Part shown: positions 18,631-26,930 of the stretch, one piece after another
How positions within the stretch are numbered: position 1 is the first letter of the stretch
Layout: each line of letters starts with the position of its first letter
DNA from: a virus
Taxonomy: Duplodnaviria; Caudoviricetes
DNA length: 34,535 nucleotides
IMG/VR virus record: IMGVR_UViG_3300010214_000042
Coordinates: 1 to 34,535 of that record
Strand: one strand, 5' to 3'
Made by a program: the position numbers and the translations under genes
Notes under the pieces: generated by a model
What the model was told of the DNA's origin: nothing
Seen by the model: the letters and a program-made list of their open reading frames with translations, nothing else
Database searches by the model: none

Positions 18631-18966
18631 ATGAACGAAAACCAAGACCTGAGCACCAACACCCCTCCCGTGGTCGAAGGCGTGGAAGTTGTCACGCTGG
18701 ACTATCCCATCAAGCGCGGTGACACCGAAGTCAAGGAAATCACCCTGCGCAAGCCAATGGCGGGGCAGCTGCGCGGCGTCAAGCTCACCGAGCTGCTGTC
18801 GCTCGATGTCGGCGCCGTGCAGATGATCCTGCCCCGCATCACCACCCCCACCCTGCTGCCCCACGAAATCGCCCAGCTCGACCCTGCCGACATCACCGAG
18901 CTGGGCACCAAGGTGGCGGGTTTTTTCGTGCGCAAGAGTATCCGCGCGGAATATCTGACTGCGTAG
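18631..18966 (+). CDS. E: Tail assembly chaperone, P2 gpE
   Basis: VTLDYPIKRG, LRKP.AG.LRG, LPRITTP, LDPAD. Confidence 0.95.
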   Translation: MNENQDLSTNTPPVVEGVEVVTLDYPIKRGDTEVKEITLRKPMAGQLRGVKLTELLSLDVGAVQMILPRITTPTLLPHEIAQLDPADITELGTKVAGFFVRKSIRAEYLTA

Positions 18967-19094
18967 AGGACGCCATGGCCGATATGGCCATGGTCTTTCA
19001 CTGGCGGCCTGCGGACATGGAAGACATGACGCTGGCCGACCTCATGGAATGGCGTGAACGTGCCCGCATTCGCGCCCAGCATCAGGGTGTGTAA
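18921..19094 (+). CDS. E' extension expressed by -1 frameshift (E+E'); internal ATG at 18975
   Basis: Slippery T6 run GGG-TTTTTT-C (T run 18921-18926); the -1 frame stays open to TAA 19094 and encodes MADMAMVFHWRPADMEDMTLADLMEWRERA, the P2 GpE' signature. Not in the ORF track. Confidence 0.9.
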   Translation, partial: FFRAQEYPRGISDCVEDAMADMAMVFHWRPADMEDMTLADLMEWRERARIRAQHQGV

Positions 19095-19104
19095 TATATG
19101 GGCC

Positions 19105-19275
19105 ATGTTTGCCAACCTCTTTCTCATTGCGCTGTTTGCACTGGCCGCCCTGGTCGTGCTGGGCTTTGCCCTGGCGCCCATCATGGCTGCCACCGGCCTA
19201 TGGGCGCACACCAGCGCCGAGGACCACCGCGCCCAGGCCCGCGAAATCGAGCGCCTGCTGGCCGAAAAAGACTAA
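19105..19275 (+). CDS. Small membrane protein (56 aa) inserted between E' and T; putative moron
   Basis: MFANLFLIALFALAALVVLGFALAPIMAATGLW hydrophobic stretch plus charged tail; TAATAT (19092-19097) 7 nt before the ATG. Confidence 0.7.
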   Translation: MFANLFLIALFALAALVVLGFALAPIMAATGLWAHTSAEDHRAQAREIERLLAEKD

Positions 19276-19317
19276 CCGCCCCCCTGCACTCCCGCGCCCT
19301 CGCGCAAGGGGGTGCCC

Positions 19318-22300
19318 ATGTCTGACACCCGCCTGCGCCTCATTCTGGAGCTGCGCGATAAAGTCCTGGCTCCATTGCGCGGCATTCAATCCGGCAGCAA
19401 GGACGCCGCCGCCGCGCTCAAGGCCACCCGCGACCAGCTGCGCGGCCTTGAAAAAGCCCAGCAAGACATTGACGGCCTGCGTAAGACGCGCGCCCAGCTG
19501 CGTGGCCAGCAACGCGACCTGCAGGAGCTGCAGACCAAGCTGACCGGCAGCAATGCCAGCCTTGTGGAGCACCGCGAACGGCACAAGAACATTGCCGCAT
19601 CGCTCAAGACAGCGCGCGAGTCGCACAGCAAGCTCACCAAGGCGCTGCAGGACGGCGCCACCGCTACCCCCGAATTCAGCCGCCAGCTGGAGATGGCGCG
19701 CATCCGGCTGCTCAGCAGTCAGACTGCCTATGAGCGCTCAAACTCCACGCTGAGCAAATACCGCACCCAAATCAAGACCACTGAGGCGGGCATTGCCCAG
19801 CTCAGCGGCAAGATCGACAACGGCAAGGACCGGCTGCAGGGCTACCAGCAGCGCCTGGAAAAAGCAGGCATCAGCACTGAAAAGCTAGGCCAGCAGTCCC
19901 GCAATCAGAAAATCCAGATCGAGGCAGCCACTGCCGCCATGGAGCGCCAAAAGCAGGCACTGGCCCAGCTCAAGGCCCAGCAGGACAAGCTGGCTGCGCT
20001 CAAGGCCAATCACGCCAAATCAATGATGCACGCAGGCATGGCCGTGGGTCTGGGCGTGGGCATGGTGGCCGAGGGCCGCACCCTGGCCAAGCCGGTACAG
20101 GCCACGCTGGGCGCGTTCTCGCAGCAGGAAGATGCATCGACCCAGCTGCGGGCGGCCATGATGCAATCCGATGGCAGCGTGCAGGCCGAGTTTGCGCAGA
20201 TTGATGCCCTGGCCAAGCGCCTGGGGGACCGCCTGCCTGGCACAACGGCTGACTTCATCGAGATGATGACCGTGCTGCGCAAGGAAGGTATCTCGGCGCA
20301 GGCCATTCTGGGCGGCACGGGCGAGGCCGCTGCCCTGCTAGGCGTGCAGTTGAAAATGCCCGTCACAGGGGCGGCTGCATTTGCTGCCAAGATGCAGGAC
20401 GCCACCCAGGCCACCGAGAGCGAAATGCTCGGTCTGATGGATGTGCTGCAAAAGAATGCCTACCTCGGGGCCGACCAGAATTACCAGTTGGCGGGCATCA
20501 CCAAGATGGCGGGAGCCATGTCCTTGATTCGGCAAAAGGGGCAGGAAGCCTACAAGACTCTTTCCCCCTTGCTGGTGATGATGAATCAAGCGGGCATGAC
20601 GGACGGCGGCAGCGCAGGCAACGCCATCGACAAAGTGTTCGCCGCTGGCCTGGACAGCAAGAAGCTCAAGAAGACCAACGACATGTTGGCCAAGCGGGGC
20701 ATAAAACTGAACTTTGCAGACAAGCAAGGCAAGTTTGCAGGCATTGAAAACCTGTTCGCTCAGCTGGACAAGCTCAAGGCTCTGGGTGAAAACGACATTC
20801 TCAAGAATGAAGTGCTGTCCGAGCTGTTCGGCACTGACGCCCAAAATCTGCAGGTGCTGCGCAATTTCATGGCCAAGGGCTATGACGGCTACAAGGAAAC
20901 CGTGGCCAAGATGGACGCCCAGGCCAGCCTGCAGCAGCGTGTCAATGAGCAGCTAGGCACACTGAGCAATGTCATGGAAGCCGCGCAGGGCGGTTTTACC
21001 AATGTCATGGCAGACATTGGCGACACCATCAAGGGCGATGCCAAGGACATCATCAAGGCCGTTGGCGACATCACCAGCAGCATGGGCGGCTGGATCAAAG
21101 AACACCCTGCGCTGACTGCCGGAATTGCCCGCACCGTGGCCGTGTTGGCTGGTCTGATGGTTGTGCTGGGCGCTCTGCTGGTGCCGCTGGCACTGATCGC
21201 GGGAAAGTTCATGCTGATGCGCTTTCTGTTCGGCATGATCGGCATCAAGGTGCCTATGCTGAGCGCTGGCATCGGTGCGCTGACGGGTGTGGTGAGCAAG
21301 CTCACCGGCGCCCTGTTCTCTGGCCTCATGGTGGCCTTGCGTGCAACCATGGGCGTCATCGTCAAGCTGGGCGTGGCACTCCTGACCACGCCGGTGGGCT
21401 GGTTTGTGCTCGCCATTGCGGCCATAGCAGGCGCTGCCTACCTGATCTATAGAAACTGGAGCTCCATTTCTGGCTTCTTCTCCGGGGTCTGGGGCAGCGT
21501 CAAGACTCAAGCCGCGGCGGCCTGGACATCCATCAAAGCCAGTCTTTCCGGCCTGTGGTCCAGCTCAGTCAGCACGGCGCAGACCATCTGGGCGGGTCTG
21601 CCGGGCTTCTTCTCTGGGATGTGGCAAGGCATCAAAGACACGGCCTCTGCTGTGTGGAGCAGCATTGCATCCATGCTTGGCCAGATGTGGGGCGCAATGG
21701 TCAGTACCGCCAGCACGGTCTGGCAGCAGCTGGGCGGCTCATTCCCTGCTGTGCTGCAAACCATCAGCACGGCCATCATCAACTGGAGCCCGCTGGGCCT
21801 GTTCTATCAAGCCTTTGCGGGCGTCATGAGCTACTTTGGCCTTGAGCTGCCCACCAAATTCAGCGAGTTCGGAGCCAACATCATCCAGGGGCTGGTCAAC
21901 GGCATCACCAGCAAGCTGGCCATGGTGCGCGAAGCCGTGGGCGGTGCCGCAGATTCGGCTATTGGCTGGTTCAAGGAAAAGCTAGGCATTCATAGCCCGA
22001 GCCGCGTTTTCATGGCGGCGGGCGTCAACGTGGGCGAGGGTGCGGCAATCGGCATTGACCGCACCTTGGGCATGGTGCGCAAGTCTGCTGCGGCCATGGC
22101 CATGGCAACAGGGGTCACGCTGGCCGCTCCAACCATGGCCGCGCCCGCAATGCCCGTGCCGCAGGTCGGTATGCCCGCCCAGGTCGTGCAGCCGCAGACC
22201 GCTGCCGCCCCGGCGCTGCCACCCGCCGCGCAGCCACTGCTACCCACGCTGCAGAACCTGCCGCCCGTGCCTGCCCAGGCCGTGCAGCTGCAGACTGCTG

Positions 22301-22950
22301 CGGCCCCGGCGCTGCCACCCGCCGCGCAACCACTGCTGCCCGATCTGCAGACGTTGCCGCCCGTGCCTGCCCAGGCTGTACAGCTGCAGACCACTGCCAC
22401 ACCAGCGCTGCCACCCGCTGCGCAGCCGCTGCTGCCCATATTGCAGAAGCTGCCGCCCGTGCCTGCCCAGGTCATGCAGCTGCAAACTGCTGCGACCCCG
22501 GCACTGCCACCCGCTGCGCAACAGCTACTGCCCATGCTGCAGAAGCTGCCGCCCGTCCCTGCCCAAGTCGTGCAGCTGCAGACTGCTGCGGCCCCGGCAC
22601 TGCCACCCGCTGCGCAACAGCTGCTGCCCACACTGCAAAAGCTGCCGACCGTACCGGCCCAGGCCGTGCAGTTGCAACCCGTCATGCAGCAGATGCAGGC
22701 CATGCCCGAAAAGCAGCTGCCCGCCATGGCCGACCCCGTACAGATCGACCGCCGCCCGGTGCTGGCCCAGCCTGCCCCCGCTGCACAGCGCCCGGCACCG
22801 ATCATTCAGGGCGACACCATCACCATTAAGGTCTATGGAGCCCCAGGCATGGATATGCAGGCGCTGGCCCGCGAGGTGCAGCGTCAGCTTGACCAGCGCG
22901 AACGTGCCAAGGCGGCCCGCCTGCAGGCTAGCTATACAGATTGGAACTGA
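19318..22950 (+). CDS. T: Tail tape measure protein, P2 gpT
   Basis: Coiled-coil N-terminus, LGDRLPGTTADF core, TM region, WFKEKLGIHSPSRVF motif; located between E and U. Confidence 0.96.
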   Translation: MSDTRLRLILELRDKVLAPLRGIQSGSKDAAAALKATRDQLRGLEKAQQDIDGLRKTRAQLRGQQRDLQELQTKLTGSNASLVEHRERHKNIAASLKTARESHSKLTKALQDGATATPEFSRQLEMARIRLLSSQTAYERSNSTLSKYRTQIKTTEAGIAQLSGKIDNGKDRLQGYQQRLEKAGISTEKLGQQSRNQKIQIEAATAAMERQKQALAQLKAQQDKLAALKANHAKSMMHAGMAVGLGVGMVAEGRTLAKPVQATLGAFSQQEDASTQLRAAMMQSDGSVQAEFAQIDALAKRLGDRLPGTTADFIEMMTVLRKEGISAQAILGGTGEAAALLGVQLKMPVTGAAAFAAKMQDATQATESEMLGLMDVLQKNAYLGADQNYQLAGITKMAGAMSLIRQKGQEAYKTLSPLLVMMNQAGMTDGGSAGNAIDKVFAAGLDSKKLKKTNDMLAKRGIKLNFADKQGKFAGIENLFAQLDKLKALGENDILKNEVLSELFGTDAQNLQVLRNFMAKGYDGYKETVAKMDAQASLQQRVNEQLGTLSNVMEAAQGGFTNVMADIGDTIKGDAKDIIKAVGDITSSMGGWIKEHPALTAGIARTVAVLAGLMVVLGALLVPLALIAGKFMLMRFLFGMIGIKVPMLSAGIGALTGVVSKLTGALFSGLMVALRATMGVIVKLGVALLTTPVGWFVLAIAAIAGAAYLIYRNWSSISGFFSGVWGSVKTQAAAAWTSIKASLSGLWSSSVSTAQTIWAGLPGFFSGMWQGIKDTASAVWSSIASMLGQMWGAMVSTASTVWQQLGGSFPAVLQTISTAIINWSPLGLFYQAFAGVMSYFGLELPTKFSEFGANIIQGLVNGITSKLAMVREAVGGAADSAIGWFKEKLGIHSPSRVFMAAGVNVGEGAAIGIDRTLGMVRKSAAAMAMATGVTLAAPTMAAPAMPVPQVGMPAQVVQPQTAAAPALPPAAQPLLPTLQNLPPVPAQAVQLQTAAAPALPPAAQPLLPDLQTLPPVPAQAVQLQTTATPALPPAAQPLLPILQKLPPVPAQVMQLQTAATPALPPAAQQLLPMLQKLPPVPAQVVQLQTAAAPALPPAAQQLLPTLQKLPTVPAQAVQLQPVMQQMQAMPEKQLPAMADPVQIDRRPVLAQPAPAAQRPAPIIQGDTITIKVYGAPGMDMQALAREVQRQLDQRERAKAARLQASYTDWN
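21457..21723 (+). repeat. Trp every 11 residues (8 units; 44-aa higher-order duplication) in the tape measure
   Basis: W codons at an exact 33-bp period from 21457 to 21721; GFFSG and VST motifs recur 44 aa apart. Confidence 0.85.
22174..22677 (+). repeat. About 5.25 tandem 96-bp (32-aa) Pro/Ala/Gln repeats at the tape-measure C-terminus
   Basis: Unit PAQAVQLQTAAAPALPPAAQPLLPxLQxLPPV starting at 22174, 22270 ... 22654. Confidence 0.95.
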
Positions 22951-22955
22951 CCACC

Positions 22956-23402
22956 ATGCTTTGCCTCGGCCTATTCGTATTCAGCCTGGACACCCTCTCA
23001 TATCAGGACCTGCAGCGCCGTATATCGTGGAAGCACCCCACGCAAAGCATCGTGGGCGGACGCGACACGTCGCAGTTTCTGGGCTATGGCGAGGACATCA
23101 TTACCCTGAGCGGCAGCATCGTCCCAGAGTTCAAGGGAAAGCGCGCAAGCCTGGATGAGCTGCGCATGATGGGTGACACCGGCTTGGCCTTCGCCCTGGT
23201 CGAAGGCACCGGCACCGTTTACGGCGCCTTTGTCATCACCGAAATGCAGGAAACAAAAACCTACTTCGAGGTGGACGGCACGGCCCGCAAGATCGAATTC
23301 ACGCTGACATTGCGCCGCGTGGACCAGGACGATGAGGGCGGGTCCGGCTACTCCGACGAAATGGGAGACCTTGAAATGTCCGAAGCCGTAAGCCTGAGCT
23401 GA
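22956..23402 (+). CDS. U: Tail protein, P2 gpU
   Basis: MLCLGLFVFSLDTLSYQ, QFLG.GED.ITLSG, ARKIEFTLTL.RVD. Confidence 0.95.
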   Translation: MLCLGLFVFSLDTLSYQDLQRRISWKHPTQSIVGGRDTSQFLGYGEDIITLSGSIVPEFKGKRASLDELRMMGDTGLAFALVEGTGTVYGAFVITEMQETKTYFEVDGTARKIEFTLTLRRVDQDDEGGSGYSDEMGDLEMSEAVSLS

Positions 23403-23404
23403 CC

Positions 23405-24556
23405 ATGAGTGATATTGACGACATCCGTTACCGCCAGCCCTACGCCACTTCCACGGGTGGCCAGGGGCAGCGTCTGTTTCTGCAGCTCACGCCCATCTGG
23501 CGCGTGACGGTCAAGGGCCAGGACGTTTCTGACCGCTTTGCGCCGCGTCTGGTCAGCCTCAACATCACCGACAACCGCGACGGAGAAGCCGATGAGGTGG
23601 AAATCGTCATCAGCGACCATGACGGCGCCGTGGAGCTGCCCGACACCGGCGACACCATGACCGTGGCCATAGGCTGGCAGCTCAGCCGAGGCACCGGCCC
23701 CTATCGCGCGCCAACTCAGGAGGAAATGGGCGGCTTCCCCCTGGGGCTGGTGGACAAGGGCAGCTACACCATCCAGGCCGTGGAATACAGCGGCGCCCCG
23801 GACACCATCACCCTGCGAGGCCGCGCCGCCAACCTGCTGGACGAGCTGCGCGACTTGAAGGATCGCAGCTGGCACAAAACCACCGTGGGCACCATCGTGC
23901 AAAGCATTGGCGCGCAGAACAAGCTCAAGGTCAGCATTGATAAGGAGATTGCCGCGCGCAAGATTGGCCACGCCGATCAAGCGCAGGAGTCCGATGCATC
24001 GTTTCTGCGCCGCCTGGGTAGGCAAATGGATTGCCTGTGCAACATCAAGAACGGCACGCTGCTGTTTAGCCAGGCACGCAAGGCCCGCACGCCCAGCGGC
24101 AAGGAGCTGCCGCCCGTCACCATCACCCGTGACGCGGGCGACCAGCACCGCTGGGCACGCTCTGACCGTGACTCTTACAGCGGCGTCAAGGCCTTCTATA
24201 ACAACATCAAGCGCGGCACCCGTTCCAGCGTGATAGCGGGCATAAGCGGTCGGGCCAAGACCTTGCGCCAGACCTATGCCAATGAGGCCGACGCCCTGGC
24301 CGCCGCCCGTGCCGAGTGGCTGCGCATTCAGCGCGGCATCTACTCCTTTGACATCACCCTGGCCTATGGCCGTGCCGATGTCATGCCCCAGCGCCCCGTG
24401 ATCGTCAGCGGATGGAAAAAGCAGATTGACGAAACCGTGTGGATGGTCACTGCCGTGCGCCACAGCCTGAGCAGCAGCGGCTACACCAGCCAGCTCACGC
24501 TGGAAACCCAGCAGAGTGAAGGCGTGGATGGTGGCGATGAGGCCGAGCAGGGATAG
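23405..24556 (+). CDS. D: Baseplate hub/late control D protein, P2 gpD
   Basis: RLVSLNITDNRDGEAD, LVDKG, SGAPD.ITLR, DQ.QESDASFL.RL, GYTSQLTLE. Confidence 0.96.
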   Translation: MSDIDDIRYRQPYATSTGGQGQRLFLQLTPIWRVTVKGQDVSDRFAPRLVSLNITDNRDGEADEVEIVISDHDGAVELPDTGDTMTVAIGWQLSRGTGPYRAPTQEEMGGFPLGLVDKGSYTIQAVEYSGAPDTITLRGRAANLLDELRDLKDRSWHKTTVGTIVQSIGAQNKLKVSIDKEIAARKIGHADQAQESDASFLRRLGRQMDCLCNIKNGTLLFSQARKARTPSGKELPPVTITRDAGDQHRWARSDRDSYSGVKAFYNNIKRGTRSSVIAGISGRAKTLRQTYANEADALAAARAEWLRIQRGIYSFDITLAYGRADVMPQRPVIVSGWKKQIDETVWMVTAVRHSLSSSGYTSQLTLETQQSEGVDGGDEAEQG

Positions 24557-24586
24557 CTACGCCCGTGCGACGACAAGAGAATTAAA

Positions 24587-24632
24587 GTACGTACAAAAAA
24601 ACATTGAGCAAATGATTAAACGTAAGTACAAT
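24587..24632 (+). promoter_or_regulatory. Sigma70 promoter of brnTA with two operator-like repeats
   Basis: TTGAGC (24604-24609)-17 nt-TACAAT (24627-24632); GTACGTACAA (24587-24596) and GTAAGTACAA (24622-24631), the latter overlapping the -10; ATG 7 nt after the -10. Confidence 0.8.
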
Positions 24633-24639
24633 AATTCTC

Positions 24640-24912
24640 ATGAAAACGGAATACGATGCCAACAAGGATGCCGCGAACCAGCAAAAGCATGGTGTTTCGC
24701 TGTCGCTGGCAAACCAGATCGAATGGCAGGATGTGCTCTGTTTCGTGGACGATCGCGCGGACTATGGCGAGCTGCGCGAAGTCGGTTTTGCCGTGATCGA
24801 GCGGCGCCTGTATGTGGTGGTGTTCGTGCAGCGCGGCGACACCATGCGCATCATCAGCCTGCGCAAGGCCAACAAGCGGGAGCTAAAGCACTATGAACAA
24901 GCGTTTGAATAA
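24640..24912 (+). CDS. brnT: BrnT family toxin (RNase)
   Basis: YDANK...N..KHGVS, DYGE.R, VVVFVQRGD..RIISLRKANKRE. Confidence 0.95.
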   Translation: MKTEYDANKDAANQQKHGVSLSLANQIEWQDVLCFVDDRADYGELREVGFAVIERRLYVVVFVQRGDTMRIISLRKANKRELKHYEQAFE

Positions 24913-25192
24913 ACCGGGGCTGATCGCCCCCACCGATGCCGAGGATGCGGCCATCAATCGCGGCATTGCGGCTGACTCTGACACCATCGAGATAACGGCC
25001 AGTCTGGCGGCCAAGATGAAGCCGCTTGCCCGCCGTGGACGCCCGGCGGTCGATAACCCAAAGGAGCCAATTACCACGCGCCTGGATGCAGACGTTCTTG
25101 CGGCCATCAAGGCCACGGGCAAGGGGTGGCAAACCCGGCTGAATGAGGTGCTGCGTGAAGACGTGGCGCAAGGAAAGTTCAAGCCCGCATAG
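24893..25192 (+). CDS. brnA: BrnA family antitoxin (C-terminal RHH)
   Basis: RGRP...PKEPITTRLDADVL...KATGKGWQTRLNEVLR; overlaps brnT. Confidence 0.95.
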   Translation: MNKRLNKPGLIAPTDAEDAAINRGIAADSDTIEITASLAAKMKPLARRGRPAVDNPKEPITTRLDADVLAAIKATGKGWQTRLNEVLREDVAQGKFKPA

Positions 25193-25209
25193 CGGCGCAG
25201 CAAGGACGC

Positions 25210-25239
25210 AAAAAAGGCAGCCCGTGAGCTGCCTTTTTT
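25210..25239. terminator. Bidirectional terminator
   Basis: A6-GGCAGC-loop-GCTGCC-T6 between convergent genes. Confidence 0.9.
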
Positions 25240-25298
25240 GTGGTCGCTGACTTCAAGATCAACGCACGTTTTTTGCAGCGTAGAAAACGATGCCTGAC

Positions 25299-25820
25299 TT
25301 AGCTTTTGCAATTCTTTGGTAGTCCTGCAGCGGGACGCGACGAGCGGTATTGCCCATAGAAGTCACACAGCCAGCGCCCCGTTTCAACCGTTCCGGCCTG
25401 TGGTTTCGTTTTGCCAAAAAACTGCAGATAAGAAAGGCTATCCCAGTCGCTAGGAAGGTCCGATCTATTCACACTGATGTACGCCCAATCAAGATTCTTG
25501 TTTTCCGGTGAGATGTAAACAAGCCTGATTCGGTTGACTTCTGGTTTCTCCAAGAGGGTGGACATCAGACGATGACCATCCTGAGCGATCCAGTTCCAGT
25601 CGTTCTTTCCACCTGTCAGTGGGTCACGGTTTATACGGACCTCAACTAGCTGTGTCTTTCCGTCAACCTGTCGTGTCAGTTCAACCTTAGCAATCTTCTT
25701 GTCCAGAGCCTTGATGCCTTGCTCATTGAGCTCAAAGTTTTTGCCTGCAATGGCATACGTGCAGCCCCATATCCCAGCTAATGCTGTTGCCATATAGACG
25801 GCAATGCTCATCCTCTTCAT
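25299..25820 (-). CDS. Exported hypothetical protein downstream of cI
   Basis: N-terminal signal (MKRMSIAVYMATALAGIWGC/AIA), GAGAGGG RBS, visibly lower GC than the structural genes. Confidence 0.8.
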   Translation of the reverse strand: MKRMSIAVYMATALAGIWGCTYAIAGKNFELNEQGIKALDKKIAKVELTRQVDGKTQLVEVRINRDPLTGGKNDWNWIAQDGHRLMSTLLEKPEVNRIRLVYISPENKNLDWAYISVNRSDLPSDWDSLSYLQFFGKTKPQAGTVETGRWLCDFYGQYRSSRPAAGLPKNCKS

Positions 25821-25881
25821 ACATCACCACCCTCTCTAAATTTGGCTGCAGTCTCTGCGGACCGATTACCTAGCGTTGTGT

Positions 25882-26631
25882 TTAAAGCCGCCGCCCGTTC
25901 CACCCATACACCACCATGCCGCGCACATCGAGCTGTTCGCCGCCGCGCAATTCTTCGGTTAGTGGGTCGTCGGGGTTGTCACTGGAAACGACTTTGGAGC
26001 CATCCAGCTTGATAGATACCCGCTTGATAAACATCAGGCCAGCCACCACCAGCACATAGACGCCAGGGACGTCTGTGGTGTGGACATCGGTATCCACCAG
26101 CGATAAGTCGCCGTCATTGATCGTGCCCTGCATGCTGATGCCGTCAGAACCAATCAAGCGCAGGGCTTCCAAGCGGCTGTGCGGTGCGTTTCGCTGCAGC
26201 CATTTCTTGGAAAACCGCACATCGCGCACCACCACATCAGTGTCGAGCTGGTCTTTACCGCAGCCCATGCTGGCCGTTGTGGCCATCACAGGCACATGGA
26301 AAACATCGTCCTCACCATCGGGGGCTGGTGCGGGGCCGGAAAGAGTGCGATAACTTGCAAAAGGTGCGCTACCTTGTGCGAAATTTCGCTCACCGGTCAA
26401 AACATAGGTGATGTCAATTCCTCTGGTCCCTGCCAGAGCAAAAAATTCGGCTTTAGGACTACTACGGCCTGACTCCCAGTCATAGATGGTTCGCTTGGAG
26501 AAGCCTGGGCCAAGGTCTTCAAAAGACTCAGCCTTGATACCTAAACGCTCGCGCTCAGCACGCAGTCTGTCGCCTATCACAGAGCGCAAACTCGCACCAA
26601 AATCAAATTCGTTCACGTTTTTCGCATTCAT
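25882..26631 (-). CDS. cI: CI-like repressor: XRE HTH plus S24 (LexA-like) autoprotease domain; exact start uncertain
   Basis: IGDRLRAERERLG...TIYDWESGRSSP...YVLTG HTH; ASMG cleavage-loop region, GISM (Ser) and FIKR (Lys) dyad; divergent from the early operon. Confidence 0.92.
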   Translation of the reverse strand: MNAKNVNEFDFGASLRSVIGDRLRAERERLGIKAESFEDLGPGFSKRTIYDWESGRSSPKAEFFALAGTRGIDITYVLTGERNFAQGSAPFASYRTLSGPAPAPDGEDDVFHVPVMATTASMGCGKDQLDTDVVVRDVRFSKKWLQRNAPHSRLEALRLIGSDGISMQGTINDGDLSLVDTDVHTTDVPGVYVLVVAGLMFIKRVSIKLDGSKVVSSDNPDDPLTEELRGGEQLDVRGMVVYGWNGRRL

Positions 26632-26634
26632 TTG

Positions 26635-26663
26635 TTGATTTGTGCGATTTCTCGCACTATCAT
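26635..26663 (+). promoter_or_regulatory. Early lytic promoter with an operator palindrome in its spacer
   Basis: TTGATT (26635-26640)-17 nt-TATCAT (26658-26663); GTGCGA-N4-TCGCAC (26642-26657) lies between them. Confidence 0.85.
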
Positions 26664-26711
26664 TCGCACCGAAGTGCATTTATTAGTTCCACAAACAGCA
26701 TACAGCACGCC

Positions 26712-26930
26712 ATGACAACCACCGCCAACGCATCCCGGTATGCCCCCAGAGGCGTCCAAAAGGACAAGCCGATTCCTGTGCGCTTCTACTCTGCAGAGCG
26801 CACTAGGTTCATGGAAGAGGCCGCCAAGGATGGCCGCTCTGCTGCAGCCTTCACGCGCCTGATGGCCCTCAAGGGCTTTGAGCAGTGGGAGGCTGAGAAG
26901 AAGCAGGCCACTCAGGGCACCGTCAACTGA
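26712..26930 (+). CDS. Small DNA-binding protein in the Cro/Cox position (ribbon-helix-helix-like)
   Basis: First early gene; KPIPVRF..AE...EAAKDGRS.AAF.R pattern. Confidence 0.7.
   Translation: MTTTANASRYAPRGVQKDKPIPVRFYSAERTRFMEEAAKDGRSAAAFTRLMALKGFEQWEAEKKQATQGTVN

Noticed and set aside
13197-22677. Repeats as a CRISPR array or DGR template/variable pair
   Set aside because: Units are contiguous in-frame coding repeats with no spacers; differences are not adenine-specific; no cas or reverse transcriptase gene is present.
22040-23158. 372-aa Cys/Arg/Pro-rich ORF resembling a metallothionein- or keratin-like repeat protein (and antisense 21990-22805)
   Set aside because: An off-frame reading of the CTG/CCG/CAG-rich tape-measure repeats; no RBS, and it overlaps T and U.
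825-24463. Long antisense and alternate-frame ORFs (e.g. 825-1754, 4653-5762, 12624-14561, 16827-18086, 23348-24463)
   Set aside because: Shadow ORFs expected from high-GC codon bias opposite well-supported P2 genes.
781-25217. Identical GGACGCAAAAAAGG at 781-794 and 25204-25217
   Set aside because: Both are the A-tract flank of terminators; low complexity and no evidence of a recombination role.
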